Positions 39,101 through 61,100 of a DNA stretch of 64,000 bases are shown here, piece by piece (position 1 is the stretch's first letter; each line of letters begins with the position of its first letter). The stretch is from Bugula neritina. Taxonomy: Eukaryota; Animalia; Bryozoa. Location: contig OZ037768.1 of NCBI GenBank assembly GCA_964035545.1, positions 13,835,675-13,899,674 of the forward strand. Reading direction: 5' to 3'. The position numbers were made by a program, and so were the translations under genes. The notes under the pieces were generated by a model. It worked only from the letters and a program-made list of their open reading frames with translations, did not search any database and was not told the DNA's origin.

Positions 39101-42100
39101 TCTTCCACTGCTTCGAGAAACCTGGGTCGAATTATCTGCAGGTACTTAAACCTAGCAGAGCAGTTTTATAGCATGCAACCCTATTGTTATTTTCTCTCTG
39201 TTTTGAGTTATTGGTGTAAAAAATGTCTTTGTGTGCACACACTAACAAAGCCAAAAACCATAGTTTTCAACTCAGTGGCTCATCTGAGATTATGGAGGTT
39301 TTATTTTTCAACATTCTTAAGGGTGACTACTGTCTCACTATAATTATTATATATGCTCTGAAGTTGGTCTATTAGCTTTAAATTTGTGCTACACTCTCTT
39401 CCATGGCTCTAGCGTGTCTTCATGACCAAAGTAGTTGGTCAAAATTGGTCCCAACTATGGTTAACTGTTGGTAAGTTCTTTTTTCCATTAATTATTAAAT
39501 TTATGCAGTATTGAAATATTCGCATTATATGTATCTTGGCCATCATCTACAGATATTTTGGGAGTTCTAAGCAAATGGGTTTTATAACAAATTGTGTGTA
39601 CACATGTCCTAATTAATTCAGATGTTAGTTCACCTGCTGGTGTTACAGTGTATAGGAATTATTGAGCTGACACTAATTATTACTGACTTTTATCGCATGC
39701 TATTCTTAGCTGCTGCAGAGCAGAGATTAACCGCTAAGATGACCTAAATGTTTAGAATACAGGATATGCACACTGTTGACTGATGTAACAAATGAAACTG
39801 CCTCACTTTCTATTGAAATATTGAGCATGGGAAAAGTAAAATAGGCTACGTTCAACAGACCTGACATAAAATTTATAAAATAATTTCTCTTCTCTATGCT
39901 AATTTATTTATAAATTGGTACTATTAATAAGTTTTTTTTCCCATTTGTTGCTGAAATTAAACTTGAGTTCTAGCTGACAGGCACAAACTGATTTATCTAC
40001 TGTAAAATATTTTAGTAAAAAATCATTAAATATATATTTAAGTTTTTAGTGAATGTTACACGGTCAATATGGAAGCAAATTTATCTTCATATAGGTGTTA
40101 CTGGAGCAGATGGCCTACTCTCTTTGGTCTCTGTGGTGAACATATTAAATATTTTGCATCAAATGGTTGTTTCGTCAGAAATTAATAGCTCACAGGTAAC
40201 TATGCTGCACACAGAAAGACTTGGTTTACACAACATATGGATATATTACAAGCTTTCTTCAATGTCTGTAGCATCTAAACATTGTTGTATCATTTACTTG
40301 TTAGCTTGCGTTGAACTTACTGCGGGCTGAAGTTTCCGATTGTGTTGAAAATGGGTTTCCATTCTCTTTGGAGAGTTTTGGCTCTGCTAAGAAGGCCCGA
40401 GGAGTGAAAAGCAAGTTGGCCTCGTCATCTGTATGTATTCTGCAGTGTATATATACTTACAGCAACATATTATTTAAATATCTCTCAGATGTTTGTCAGC
40501 CTAAATATAATACTGAATTATTGTATGTAGTTAAGAATAATCGTTATTAGAGGTCTCTTCTGATTGGATAAGTACACATCTACTCGTTATGTTAGCTCAT
40601 TGCATTGGTTATATTTCAGGGTGCTACAGCTGTTATATTGAACTTGAAGTTATGCCTCCTTGCCAATGTGTTGGGCTGTTCAAATGAGTCCACACAACAG
40701 CATCTGACTCAGTTGATGACAGGAGATAACTTGGAGCAGTTTGGAGAACATTTACTAATACTGTGTAATATTCCATCTGGTGAGCACCTCTTTCTAGTCT
40801 CTTTGGTTTAAAGTCTTTGGTCAGCCTGCTATGCAGCATAGTTTGTTGTAAGCTTTTTGATATTTTAGATTTGCTACACTTTGTTGTAACTTTTTTTAGA
40901 TAATATAATAACATAATATTATCTTTTACTCGTATTAATCTTATCTTTTTTCCGATGTGTCATTCAATTCTTGTTTATTTCAGTGTTTCTACATAGCACA
41001 TGTTGTGTACCAGCATCAGCTGGTTAAGAATAGTCTATCTAGCTTGTTGTTTAATTGTAGGAAATATATTGGAGAAAGTGATAGTTAGCCTGGGTTCCCA
41101 ACTATCTTACTCCCCCTTTCAAATACACATACTCATTAAGCTCTTACAAAAACAAATAACGTCAGATCACAGGTATTACCTCTGCTGCTCATTGTGCTGT
41201 TTGTCTTGGAAGGCTGTGCCAACTTGTTCAAGTTTGAATTATGTTGGACTTAGTCATGAAATCACTTCCTTGATTTTTTTCAGACATTCATTTATTAGAT
41301 GCTTTGATTTCCCATTACAAGCTTTCACATCATAAATGTTATGAAAATTTCTCATATTTCAATTGACTTCACACTTGCAGACACTCCAGCTACAGATTTG
41401 ACATTTCCTCTTATTGTTTTAGTTTGCATAAAGATACAGGAGATGTGATGCTGACATTGATGAGTGAAGCTAATTTGACAAAGAGACATCAGATTGATCT
41501 ACTCTCTGTAATGAACAAGGCTTGTCTAACAAGGAAGTTCCATTTGCAGTCCTCCGAATTCATGCCTATCTTCATAGGTACTTCAACTACCATTAATACA
41601 TTTCTGTTTTATCTCTTTATTTGCAGCAACGGTTTTGAGGTCTCTACAAATCTGAATGTGGATCTAAAGCATTACTAGAGCTCAAAAGTACACTACACTT
41701 TTGCTGCTATGGGTTTTGGGGGGGGGGGGAAGTGTCTAAAATTTGTGAAATAGTTGCAAAATGAATTGTATGCATATTTAAAGGTATCTGAGAGGAATTG
41801 GCAGTTCCATGGTTCTCATTACATTTAGTAATTATTTCTGTTGACATGGTAGCTGTATGTTTTCTGCTTATAAACTGAGCTGCTCTGCACTAGAAAGAAA
41901 GTTGTTGCAAATTTCACTCCACTGTGAACAAACCATGACCGCTCAATATTGGTCATAGAACAGCATACTTGTATAACATTTTACCAATCTATTAATATAA
42001 CTTTTTGCTATAAGGGACTGACTATACAACTGTGTCTTTTCTACCATCTTCTTATGCTGCTTCTCTAGCCAGCATGTTTATGCAGTGTGTTAAGCCTCAA

Positions 42101-44243
42101 ATTGTATTTGTCAGGTATAATAGAAAGTTACCTTGGAGGAAACAAAAAAGCTGATAAGTCTGTAGTGTCTGCTGAGGACAAGGAACTGCTACAGCTGTTG
42201 TTCTCACTGCTGTGTCATGTGGACAGCATCAACACATGTGACCTTCTAAAGCCCATGTGTCAGTTGATATGGCAGCCAGATGTGGTGCCCATCCGCCTGG
42301 TAGAATTTGTTCTCTACATTGTACATAGCAGGTCCGTAATAACGGTGAAATAATATTTGTACATTCAGAGTTCTTGTCCAATCCAGGAACTACTTACAAT
42401 ATCCAGCAGCAAAATACAAGCGTAGCCTACTATTGTTTGTTTGTTATAGGATAGAAGATGGTGGCATTACTATGGCTAATTACATAAGTTTTCTATCCAC
42501 AATACTTGGAGGTGATGCTTCTATGACTTTTCAGGACAAACTTTTTCTTCAACATACTACCCATATTACGGAGGCCATTCTTAGACATGTCAACTCAACT
42601 TTCCCTAACTCTTCTCAAGTGTTTGATTTGATGGAGCATTTCTACAGGAAATTTCTGGTAGTAAGTAATTTATGATGTATATCTAAACTTCTAATTTATT
42701 TTAAAGTTTTGTAAGAGCCAGGTTTTGGTAAAAAATACTGTATCTTCATTTCTTTTGTTTTCCTAAATAAAAAATATTCAAGAGAGGTTTTCTTGAGAAT
42801 AAAATAGAGTCAGGCCGTAAGCAATTCTACAATCATAATATGTGTTCATTGAAATATAATTTTGGCCCAGCATAATCAAATGTGGTGCCTAAACAAGTAC
42901 TACATTTTGGATAATTTTTCCTTCATGTATTTTCAGACTAGTGAGGTATTCCTACCCCTCTGCACATGTATAAACTTATTGGAAGCTAGTTTCTCTGCTG
43001 GGGGATTTAAAGAGACATTTGTCAACGATGTACTGATTTGCTTCTTGAGACACATGGCCATAGAGCAGTCTGCTGGTAATAGCAAAGCTTAGCTTTTACA
43101 TTCTCTTGCAAGATTGTAGATTAATATATTTTCTTGTTGAAACTCATTTGATGTAAGGTGTTAGAGCGTATTTCAAACAGGATCTTTTATGCCCAAAAAT
43201 AAATTAGAATGTTGAGTTGTTGGTTAATTGTTATTGAATTGATTGTGTAAAAGAGTTTGTGCAATCTATTTTAAAGTTTCATTTTCTATTCATGTTTAGT
43301 AACTTTTTTAAGTGGCAAAACTTTGTTCACAATACTTAAAAACCTGAAATGTAAACCAGTCGGTCAGATAATTTATACTTCTGCTTCAAATGACCAAATT
43401 GACTTTTTACTTTATTCAGGAAATGTTATGCTAAATGACAACAATGAGACCAAAATTAATCAAAAGAATGAGGAATATAGTCTTTCCATTAGACTGAGTC
43501 AGTTTTATATTTCACTGTAGCTTTTGTTGATAAAATACATTACTTCAACTTTAAAATAATGTTCTGCCTTCAAATTTATCAATGCCAAGTGTATTGCAGA
43601 AGATGTGAAAACTAGTTGAATTTCAATGTTCATGGAATTATATGCTGACATTTAGCTCACTATCAATTGTCAGTTTATAATCTGAAAGTTTGCAAACTAC
43701 TTCATTGAGTGATGTTCAATGAAAAAAATTCTTGTCATCTAAATAGAATAGAATATATACCTTTTAGGTGTTACGAGTCAATCAGATGTCTCCCAAAACA
43801 GTAGCGGAAGCCTTTTTGATAATGGAGGTAAAGAAATATTAGCTAAGTTTAGCAAGCTACAACCGAATATGACAAGAACAGCCAACAGACAACTAACTAC
43901 AGGTTGGAATCTATTTTATTGTAATATGAATGAGATAATTAAAAATGTGGCGTTTAATATTCACATTAATTACATAAGTATAAGTGCAATAACTTGCCAC
44001 AGTAGTTGAAATATTATTCTGTTCTTGGAAAGCTTTCAACTGCTCTGTGTGGAAGTAGAATTAATATTTAGTGTTCATGTTCAATTCTAACAGTAGTTTA
44101 TGCTTGCTTTAGGAAGCTTAGCTGAGGACACCCAACTTCACCAAATTATGTTGCGTATAATTGCTGATGTGTGCAGATATGCAGATGTTGACCTTGTAGA
44201 GGACAAAGATAGCGAAATTTCATTCATACATGTATTTAATTAA
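36160..44243 (+). CDS. TEX10: TEX10 / Ipi1 (Rix1 pre-60S processing complex subunit), about 16 exons
   Basis: N-terminus [46 protein letters not shown]. Also [46 protein letters not shown] and [11 protein letters not shown]. The later exons join in phase to a stop at 44241-44243. The C-terminal half is poorly conserved, so it is less certain. Confidence 0.85.
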
Positions 44244-44737
44244 ATTATAATTAAAAAATTATATTTCCGTTACTTGGTATATAATAATGTGTATGATAAA
44301 GCTGTTATAAAAGCATGTTATTTACAGTTAAATAGTAACACACAAAGTGTAAATAAAGAATTGAATAGTTTTCATTGTCACTGGAAGCAAAAACCTTTCA
44401 TATCATATTGGAAATATTAGTATTTATGGAGTTACTGGTCATTATTACAGTAAGGGACAAAGTAAATTGGAATTTTGTGCACCAATACCAAAGCGCAAAT
44501 AAAAAGTAAATAAAATCAACTAACATTACATAAAAACAAGGAAGTCAAACAAAAGTCTATCACAATTATCTGAAAAAGTGTACTGAAGATTTAGCAATTT
44601 CAGCATATAACAAACAGTACAGAAAACACTCCTGTCACAATAGTATCAAACAGGTTCAACCTGAGCATTTAAAGTCTAGAAAGTAAAGTATATATTAACA
44701 TACATTAATACTGCATAATTAAAAATGGTATATATTT

Positions 44738-52702
<7,965 letters not shown>

Positions 52703-54108
52703 AACATAAAGACTTTCCTTAAACTACAAAAAGCTGATTTGGGAAACTCCAAAGGTAGAACATCGTCCAGACCGCTGCTTAAAATATTCTAGTTTCGAAA
52801 CTATAACTTTCACTTTCCAAATTTGTTGGATGTTATCACTAACCGGAAACCACAAAATTAGTCTCGAGAGCCATACTTACCTCAAATGAATGTAATCTTT
52901 ATCGTAATTTGTGGTTTTCTTAATTTTAAAATAGCAAAAAGACTGTTTAAGTAATTTAATGCTAATTATTGTTGTACTGTTAGTATAATAAAGCAAGTTT
53001 TAAAAGTAAAAGTTAAGAAAAGACAACAACTCCCGTTACTTAAACTCAATGCATTGAACTAAACTCTATAAAATATTTCATTGAAATAAACCTCGCCAAA
53101 ATTAAGGTTACCCAGCTTCTAGATTGCATATAGTTATGTTTATAATAGTGATTGCTAGAAAAGGCTTATCGGGAAGAAGATAATAAATAGAGATGATTGC
53201 AGATGTCTTGCATTTTCGCATGTTGATTAGTACATACGCTCCAAATTTTCAAATTTTGCAGCAAAGAAAAGTTTATTGTCATTTAACTATTGGGTTATGT
53301 TAGTTATGAATTTTATCATCTGTAGTAGGAACTAATAAAATATTCTTTTCATTTTATCAATTACCAATAACAACTTGATATATACAAATAATTAAAGCTC
53401 CTTGCTATTTCAGTCACCATCTTGTATATGAGAACTACCGTATAATATTGTGGGAGCTTTATTCATAACAACATACTCATTCATAGCCATAAATTTATTA
53501 CATCTAAATATCAACTGTCAATAGCCAATGATTTTTTTTTCTTTCGATTATTTATTACTCTCACAAAATGCTATGCTCTATGTATAAAGGCCCGTCGTTT
53601 CTGGCGTTTTAAATTATAAAACTATATACACTATTAATAAACAAGTAATGGTGTTTTATAAACAATACCATTAACAAGTATTATACAGAAGTGGAAAAGC
53701 ATTAATTGTTAATGGTTTGGAGATATGTTTTCCTTTGTTGGTTTTCACAATTCAACATCAAATGGAACATTATACAAATATGCAAATCGTACTCGAACTT
53801 AACCAACTGATGTAACTTATGCAGCGCTATGAAAAGTACATTACCCTAAGGCCTAAACCAACCAGAGTTACCATCCCTTAATTAACAAACACAAAACACT
53901 TATGAGTGCACACGCGAAACTGTTTGCTTGCGCTATTACGTGATGTTAACTAATAGAGACGCGCGTAGTAATACACAAACTTTAAAAAGAATCACTCAAC
54001 CGTAACGACCCGATGAGTTTAATATTTCACTACAATACCAACCGTAGGAGGTTTCTTTGGCATATGCCGATGTTGTCACTTCTCTCTTGTGTGATTGACC
54101 ACAGTTCA

Positions 54109-54552
54109 GTGTAATAAAGAAGGTGAGATGGCCTCAAAAGATCAGTAATGATGAGCTATATAAGAAGACATGGCAGAAACCTTGGTCCACACCATAAGAA
54201 CATGAAGAATAACATGACTTGGGCACCTTCTCAGACTATCAGAATGTGCACCAGCCAAGCAAGCACTAGAGATATATCTGAACTACCCAGCAAAACATCC
54301 CAGAGGGGTTAGAAAAATCTCATGGGTTGATACTGTCAAAAAAGACCTCAAAACATATGCCAACAGAACATTTTATCAGTGTATACTGTATAGATCTGGC
54401 ATGGCACCAGATAGAAATGTATAGAGGTCAATAGTGGCAAAGACAGTAGATGTTATGAGCTGATACGAGATGTAACCTCGTTACGGACCTCGTCAATAAG
54501 TAAGTAATAAGGAAGTAAAAGTACTTAAAAGTAAGTAAGTAAGTAGTAAGTT
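54109..54552 (+). mobile_element. 5'-truncated RTE-like LINE, 3' end with (TAAG)n tail
   Basis: Decayed frame VIKKVRWPQKISNDELYKKT..LGHLLRLSECAPAKQAL..HPRGVRKISWVDTVKKDL..APDR, typical of the C-terminus of RTE-clade ORFs. Followed by a short 3'UTR and TAAGTAAG repeats. Confidence 0.75.
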
Positions 54553-56479
54553 ATACTCAACAAATTGGTAGTCAATTAAATGATAAATACCTAATATAAA
54601 TACTATATTTTGTGTTTTTCAAAATATTGAGTTGCTTTAATTCATTTTTTACTCATAAAAACTATATAAATAGATAATTAGAAATTTTCAGAACAAAATA
54701 TTCAAAAAATTTTCAATAATAAATGATAATATAACGAGTGACACAATGATGCAATAATTGCACGTTTACTGAGTTTAAAAAGTAACACTTTATCACTGCT
54801 GCAAAATGTAAACTTCTTATGCTTTGCATGCAACTGTCTATCGTATAAATTCAAATATGCTCCTCTTCTTAATCATCAGTCTATATAGCTCTTCGGCTGG
54901 TATTCCGTCTTCTGACAGTAAAGTACTAGCAAGTTTTATTTCTTAACTAAAATTGAATGTAGCAATAATAATTATAGTTATTCTTCTGCTATTATTTTAT
55001 ATATGAAACGTTTGCTTTGATTCTTTAAACTGTGTTGTGATTTAATAATGGAAAAGATATACTTGGAGTATGATATTCATTTGTTACAGTAAGTGGGAGG
55101 TGATTTTTGTAATTAATTTAGTGCACTTACTCTTAGACAGTCTTGCAAAAAGTCCTTCGCTTGAAAAACAAAGCTCTGAGCAGTCAATGCAGGGTTATTA
55201 GGTAAGAATAAGTTTTATATGAGCATATTTCCTGTAAATCCAATAATACTGATATGAATTAGTAGTTCAATTATGAAATGAGATATTTAAGATTTTCTAC
55301 ATGATGAGTCTTATAATTTAATGCAGTTTAATGCAACATCATACATTTTTAAATAATGGCTTGACTTACTGAATATTTGTTTGGTAGATCGAAGCAAAGA
55401 CAAAAAGGAGAAAGCTTTAAAGAAGGCAGAACTGCTTTCAACTCATACCAAATGGTATCCCTGTGACAATATACCAAATAACTTCGCAGCTATTGTAAAA
55501 CCAACCAAAACTCCGTTGTATAAAAAGTCAGGTTAAAGCAAAACCACTGAAGTTCAAACACAAATAAGTGCTAAAGATACAAAATGGCCATGAAATGAAT
55601 TGCAAGTGTGCAGGTGGTTGCTGGCGTGAGAGGTCAGCTACTAACATATCACTTCTTCTGTTGAGCTGGAGGCTGATGCCAGCTTAGTAATGCTAATTAT
55701 TGTGACAAAATAAGTAGACTTGTAATTCATAGAACCAATATATTTTATGTACAAGGACAAAGACATGGAACAGGAAAAAGAATTGTGGTTTATATAATAT
55801 AGAATCAGTACGGTAAATTAAAAGTTATCCACTCTTGATAGGAGAGAAGACAACTACTAGTATAAGTGTTTTATATCATTACTTTGAGCTCTAACCTCAA
55901 CCATTGTTCTGAACACAACAACAGAAAAGCCTCAAAATTCTATTTCTGCAGTTCTGGTGTGTGACAGATTCTTGAACAAGTTCAAACTCTACAAAATAAT
56001 GCATGTCTTCTGACATATAAGCATAATATTTCCACTTGTTTTTTATTGGTTGGAATCTATAGGCTGTTTTACACAGCTATGGTACATAATATTGAGCTAC
56101 CCAGGCTTTTATTTGTAGATGCACTGAATAGGAATTTTATGGTCTCAAATTGTTTTATTACAGTTGAAAATTTATTTGAAGTCATGTCCAAGTATAACTT
56201 CAGTACTTGCAAGATTTCTTAATATTATTGGGAAAGGCCTCAAGTTGAAAACTAGCTTGAGTTCTTTTATTGCAGCAAGTTTCTTTGGAGTGTTAGTCAA
56301 AAATATCAACATTCATTATTTATGATTTTTACAGGCCAAATCTCACTAGTCTTTTTATGATTCACTCCTTTTTTGTCAAAAGTAGTGTTTTAACGTCACG
56401 TAATGTCTTGCTTGTTTGACACTTTCAAACATTTAGTGTGTTGTTTCCAGCGAGGTTCGGTTTTAGCTCCGTTTCACTC

Positions 56480-57438
56480 TACAATTTATAATAGTGCTCA
56501 CTAATAATAAACCTTTGGCCAACTTTAGAGTGCATGTTTAGTACTATGGGGTTCATTAGATGCTTTAACAGAAATTGGGAGTTGTGTCTCCTTGACTGAT
56601 GGGCTGACAATGTTGAGAGTAGGAGGGTTGAGTGAGTCTTCATCGGCTACTAACGTTTCTGTTATAAATTATATTAAATTTGTTGCAACTTAAAACTGTT
56701 GTTTTAAGACGTTATAATGTGTTTGCAACCAAATGGCTAATAGCTGATTACTTATAGTGGGGAAAACATGTTGTTTAATATAAATTTGCAAGATATTATA
56801 GATAATATAACTAGAAACAACCATTGTGGATGATAATATTTAATAAGCTTAATAGAAATTTGCAGGTAAATCAAAATTTTGATAGCAATATTTTGGATAT
56901 TGTTTAGACCATAAGATCATATCATGTATTTCTAATAATATCTTTGAGTGATATGAAATTTATTTTACAACTTGTAAGGGTGCTCACTAATGATAAACCT
57001 TTGGCTGGCTTAAGAACATTTAGTATTATGGGTATTAGATGCTTTAACAAAAATTGGTAGTTGTGTCTCCTTGACTAATGAGCTGAACATGTTGAGAGAA
57101 GGAGGGTTGAGTGAGTTTCCATCTGCTACTAAAGTTTCCGTTGCAAAATATGTCAAATGCGTTGCAGCTTACAACCACTGTTATAGGACTAATATGTTTG
57201 CAACCAGTTGGCTAATAGCTAATTGCTGATAGCAGAATAAACTTGTTTTCCAATATGAAGTTGCTTAAGATTATAACTAGAAAAAACTTTTTTAGATGAA
57301 AATAGTTGATATGTGTTTAATAAAAATTTGCAGGTAAACCAAAATTTTGATGGAAATATTTTAAATATTGTTTAAAACGTGAGATAACGTCATTTGTATC
57401 AAATAGCTTTGAGTGATATGAATTTTACTTTTACAACT
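56480..57438. repeat. Diverged tandem duplication, period about 486 bp
   Basis: GTGCTCACTAATRATAAACCTTTGGC starts at 56494 and 56980. The copies stay collinear through TTTGAGTGATATGAA..TTTTACAACT. Confidence 0.9.
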
Positions 57439-57947
57439 ATTCATTAAGCTTTAATATTTACCAGACAAATTGCAAGGAGTTGGGAGCTTTTCTTTATCAG
57501 TCTCTTGGCTCTCTTTAATATTTTCTTCCATTGATTTGCTTTTCTTGTTAGCATCTTCTCTCTTTTTTTCGCCAGACTGCTGTACATGCAAGCTCCTTTA
57601 TCATCTCATCTATTGAAATGCAGATTTGTGTATCCACAAAAAGGTTTTTCACAAAATTATTCTCTATAATATTCTGTTTCACAGATTTGTTCTCCTTGTT
57701 GGCATCTTCTCCATTTTTTTCAACAAAACACGTTTTCAAAAAATTATAAAATACCTTTTATATAAAAATCACACCATGCAAGAGTTTGCGGAATATATTG
57801 ATTATAAGTTTGACTGACTAGTTTTTGGTTTGCTTAGAAATCACCCATTCACTATCTTTTCCAGATGCTATGTTTTCATTCAACTCTTGAATATTCAAGT
57901 AACAATTTATATCCTTTGCAATTTAATACTCAACTAAAAGAAAAATT

Positions 57948-58132
57948 GGAGCAGCCATAGTCTAAAAGTTAGATCGTTAGACCATTGGCTTAGTAAACAT
58001 GAAGTCATCGGTTTTAATCCTACCACATGCCAATGGTGATGTTAGGAAGAGCATCCAGTCACAATTGTTCCTGTGCAACATACGGAAAAAAAACTTTTCA
58101 TTAGGGGCTCTCACAAAGATAGTGACTATAAA
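57948..58132 (+). mobile_element. tRNA-derived SINE, copy 2
   Basis: B-box-like GGTTTTAATCCT, core GGTGATGTTAGGAAGAGCATCCAGTCACAATTGTTCCTGTGC, 3' CTCTCACAAAGATAGTGACT. Homologous to 21069-21260. Confidence 0.7.
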
Positions 58133-61100
58133 CTTGTGCGAGTCTTTTTAAGTGACACATTGGAAAAAAGGGCTTTGCAAGATATTTATTAAAAGCCTAA
58201 ATATAGTACCTTTCCTACCAATGCATCTGTTTAGAGGAAACAAAAAAATGCAGTTGATTAAAGTACCAATTTGATATTTTTTATTTTACTCCAAAACTAT
58301 TGAAGAAATATTGTGCCAGACAAATGATGAGGCTTAGTAGAAGTTTGTTGATAGGCCTCTTGTTTTTCCAGAAATAGTTCATTTATTTGTCCAGCAACAT
58401 TTATATCACTGGCTGCATTCTTTTTAATGTCTAACTCTTTAAATCCCCTTTGAGAGAAGTTACGTCTTTGTCCAACCTATTTAACAAAACAACAACCATT
58501 GAATATAGTATCATATGTGAGTTTTTCTCTTGCAGCAAATGCAAAATTTTTATTCTTGTTTTACAAAATTTAAACGCTGTTCACCAAAAGGAATGGATAT
58601 TTTACAATTACAATAATTGATTTTTTTCTTTTTGATTTCTTCAGCAGTGTTTATGTTGGTGAGTGTTGATCAGTAATAAATGCACCGGGTTAGTTGTTTA
58701 AGATACTTTTTATTGACATGTGTGTATTTGGTATGCTCTCTAAACTAAAGAAAAGGTACGAAAAGCAACCACCGTTGAAAGGTATGCGAATATGCGTGAC
58801 AAAATAAAAATGGTTTCAGTTGAATAGTACATATGCAAGCTGTTTCAACAGGTGCATGCAATATTGTTTCACAAGTAAAACACAAATATCAACATATTTC
58901 GGTTCAATTCCATCTACTGAAATACGTGTGTCTTGCATTTGCTTTTTTACTGATCTGAGTTCAGTATTTTGGTGTGATGATGTTTCCACTACATTCTGAG
59001 TAGAGTTTCTCCTTTTTTTTCTTCAAATCCTTGATGGGTTTGATTTTTTTGTAGTGCTCGGTGTCAGTGTTTGCTGTAACATTGCATTGCAAATAGTTTT
59101 ATGTAAAACCATGTGCTAAAGATAGTACACAATTTAAATTTTAAAATGGTGCAATAAAGCAAAAAGAGTAAGTAAGAAGGTAATTTAACCTATGACAAAC
59201 AACCTTTGGGTGAAAATGAAGCTCGGATGTTTTAGGACTTATATAGACATTGCACACAAATTATTCTAGATATTCTACACAAACCATTCCATACTACAAC
59301 TAATACTATCTGATGTTTAAATAAACTGCTCAATCAACAGATACTCATAGCAATAATTATTCTATAGAAATTTCTCTATGACATTTTAAGGGAATTCCCT
59401 TTGTCTCTCTTTTACATTCCAGTATTTAACTGCTTCGAGATCGAAGTATGCAAAGATACATATGTTTTAAAAACACATCATTGAAGTTTATCTCTTCTGT
59501 TTTATTTGTTTTAACTCTTTTCTATATTAATGTTAAAATTACTGTTCTCTTTTTCATTTTCTGAATCATTTACTTGTATGCAGTCTATGCCATTTTTTAA
59601 TAGAAAGAGTAACAAATTTATGACTAATTACACAGTATGAATAAACTTGAGTTACTTTAAAAACTTTTTTTAAATTTATGTTGTGAGTTTTTCAGTTCAA
59701 AAATTATATCAATAAATAATAATAAATATTAAATTTATAAATATAAAATTTGTATGCTTCATTTGCTATATTTAAACTGTTGAGTCTGCATATATTTGAG
59801 AATCATGCACAATTCATGTCCGCAGCGCATCCTACATTCTTTACAAGTTGTCCTTAGCTAGAGTTATGTTCTTTCTGCGTGGAAAGAGGAAAGAACTGTT
59901 AGCTGCATGAATAATATGTCTAAAACTATTTTATTAAGTAAAAATAACCACCATGTATTAAATTTACAAGCATAGAATACGATTACTTGTAATAAACAAA
60001 ACAGCTATCTAAAGTTTTAGTTGAGCAGTTTAGTCTAATGCTAAATGTAAAAATAGTTTTGCAAGTCTAGTAAGCATTTTTATATAAAACGAAAGGAGAA
60101 GCTGCTCTTAGAATCAAACTTTTACTTCAAAACTATTCAATTTGATTAATGCATAACACATTTTATATCAATACCTACAGTATATTGTGTAATAGTGATT
60201 GATTATATTCGTCGATCAACTATGAGTCTGCTTGTAATTCACTTTTTTAGACAACAAATTTTCATTTAACTTTATTATTTACAAAATTTGGACATTGTTC
60301 AACAGAAAAGAGTAGCTTATTTTAAAGGCATCATTTAAATATAATTTAGTCCATATATTATTAGTTTCTGCGACAGTTATTAAACAGATACTGTATAATA
60401 CAGTAACTTGTGGGTTTTGAATAAAAATCCGGCAGATAACATAACTCCTTGGTAAGAGTAAGAGATGAGAGAGTCTTGTGCGGTGCAATAAAATGAGATT
60501 TATTATGAAATAATAGTGTTGCAGTTTTGTGCACTGCTAAAGTGGGGTATTATTGTCCACATGAAATACTGCTGCATGCTTTACTATGAGGTTATGAGAA
60601 GAACCGAAATAGTTGACTTTTACAAAAGAACTGTATTGAAAGTCTAACTAGATACAAATAAAGTCATCAATGGTAGCAAAAGAATATTCACATATAGAAC
60701 AGTTGCACAATATTATCCTAGTCTATGTGACAGTGATCCTCAGACTGAGGCTGGGCACCGGAAGGCACTGTTTATATCCAGGAGGTTGATACTGATTGGC
60801 CAGTGGAAGGTTCTGCCGGTGTCACTGCAGGGAGTGCCGCGGTGCCGCATGGGACTGCAGCATTGCTAATGGAGTTGTAATCTCTTAGAACTTTATGATG
60901 CCCCATAATATAATACAATGTCACCACTCTTCTGTAAGTACTTATGCAGGGGGTATGGGGGGGTATACTTCCAGCAGCCATTACAATAGTTCATTCCAGT
61001 GAGAGCTACAGTCTTAAATTGACTTACAAGCTTGAAACTCGCCTCCTTTCATACTAGCACAAAGGCCTATTTTAGAAGCTTCGACCAATTGTCGGTCAAA

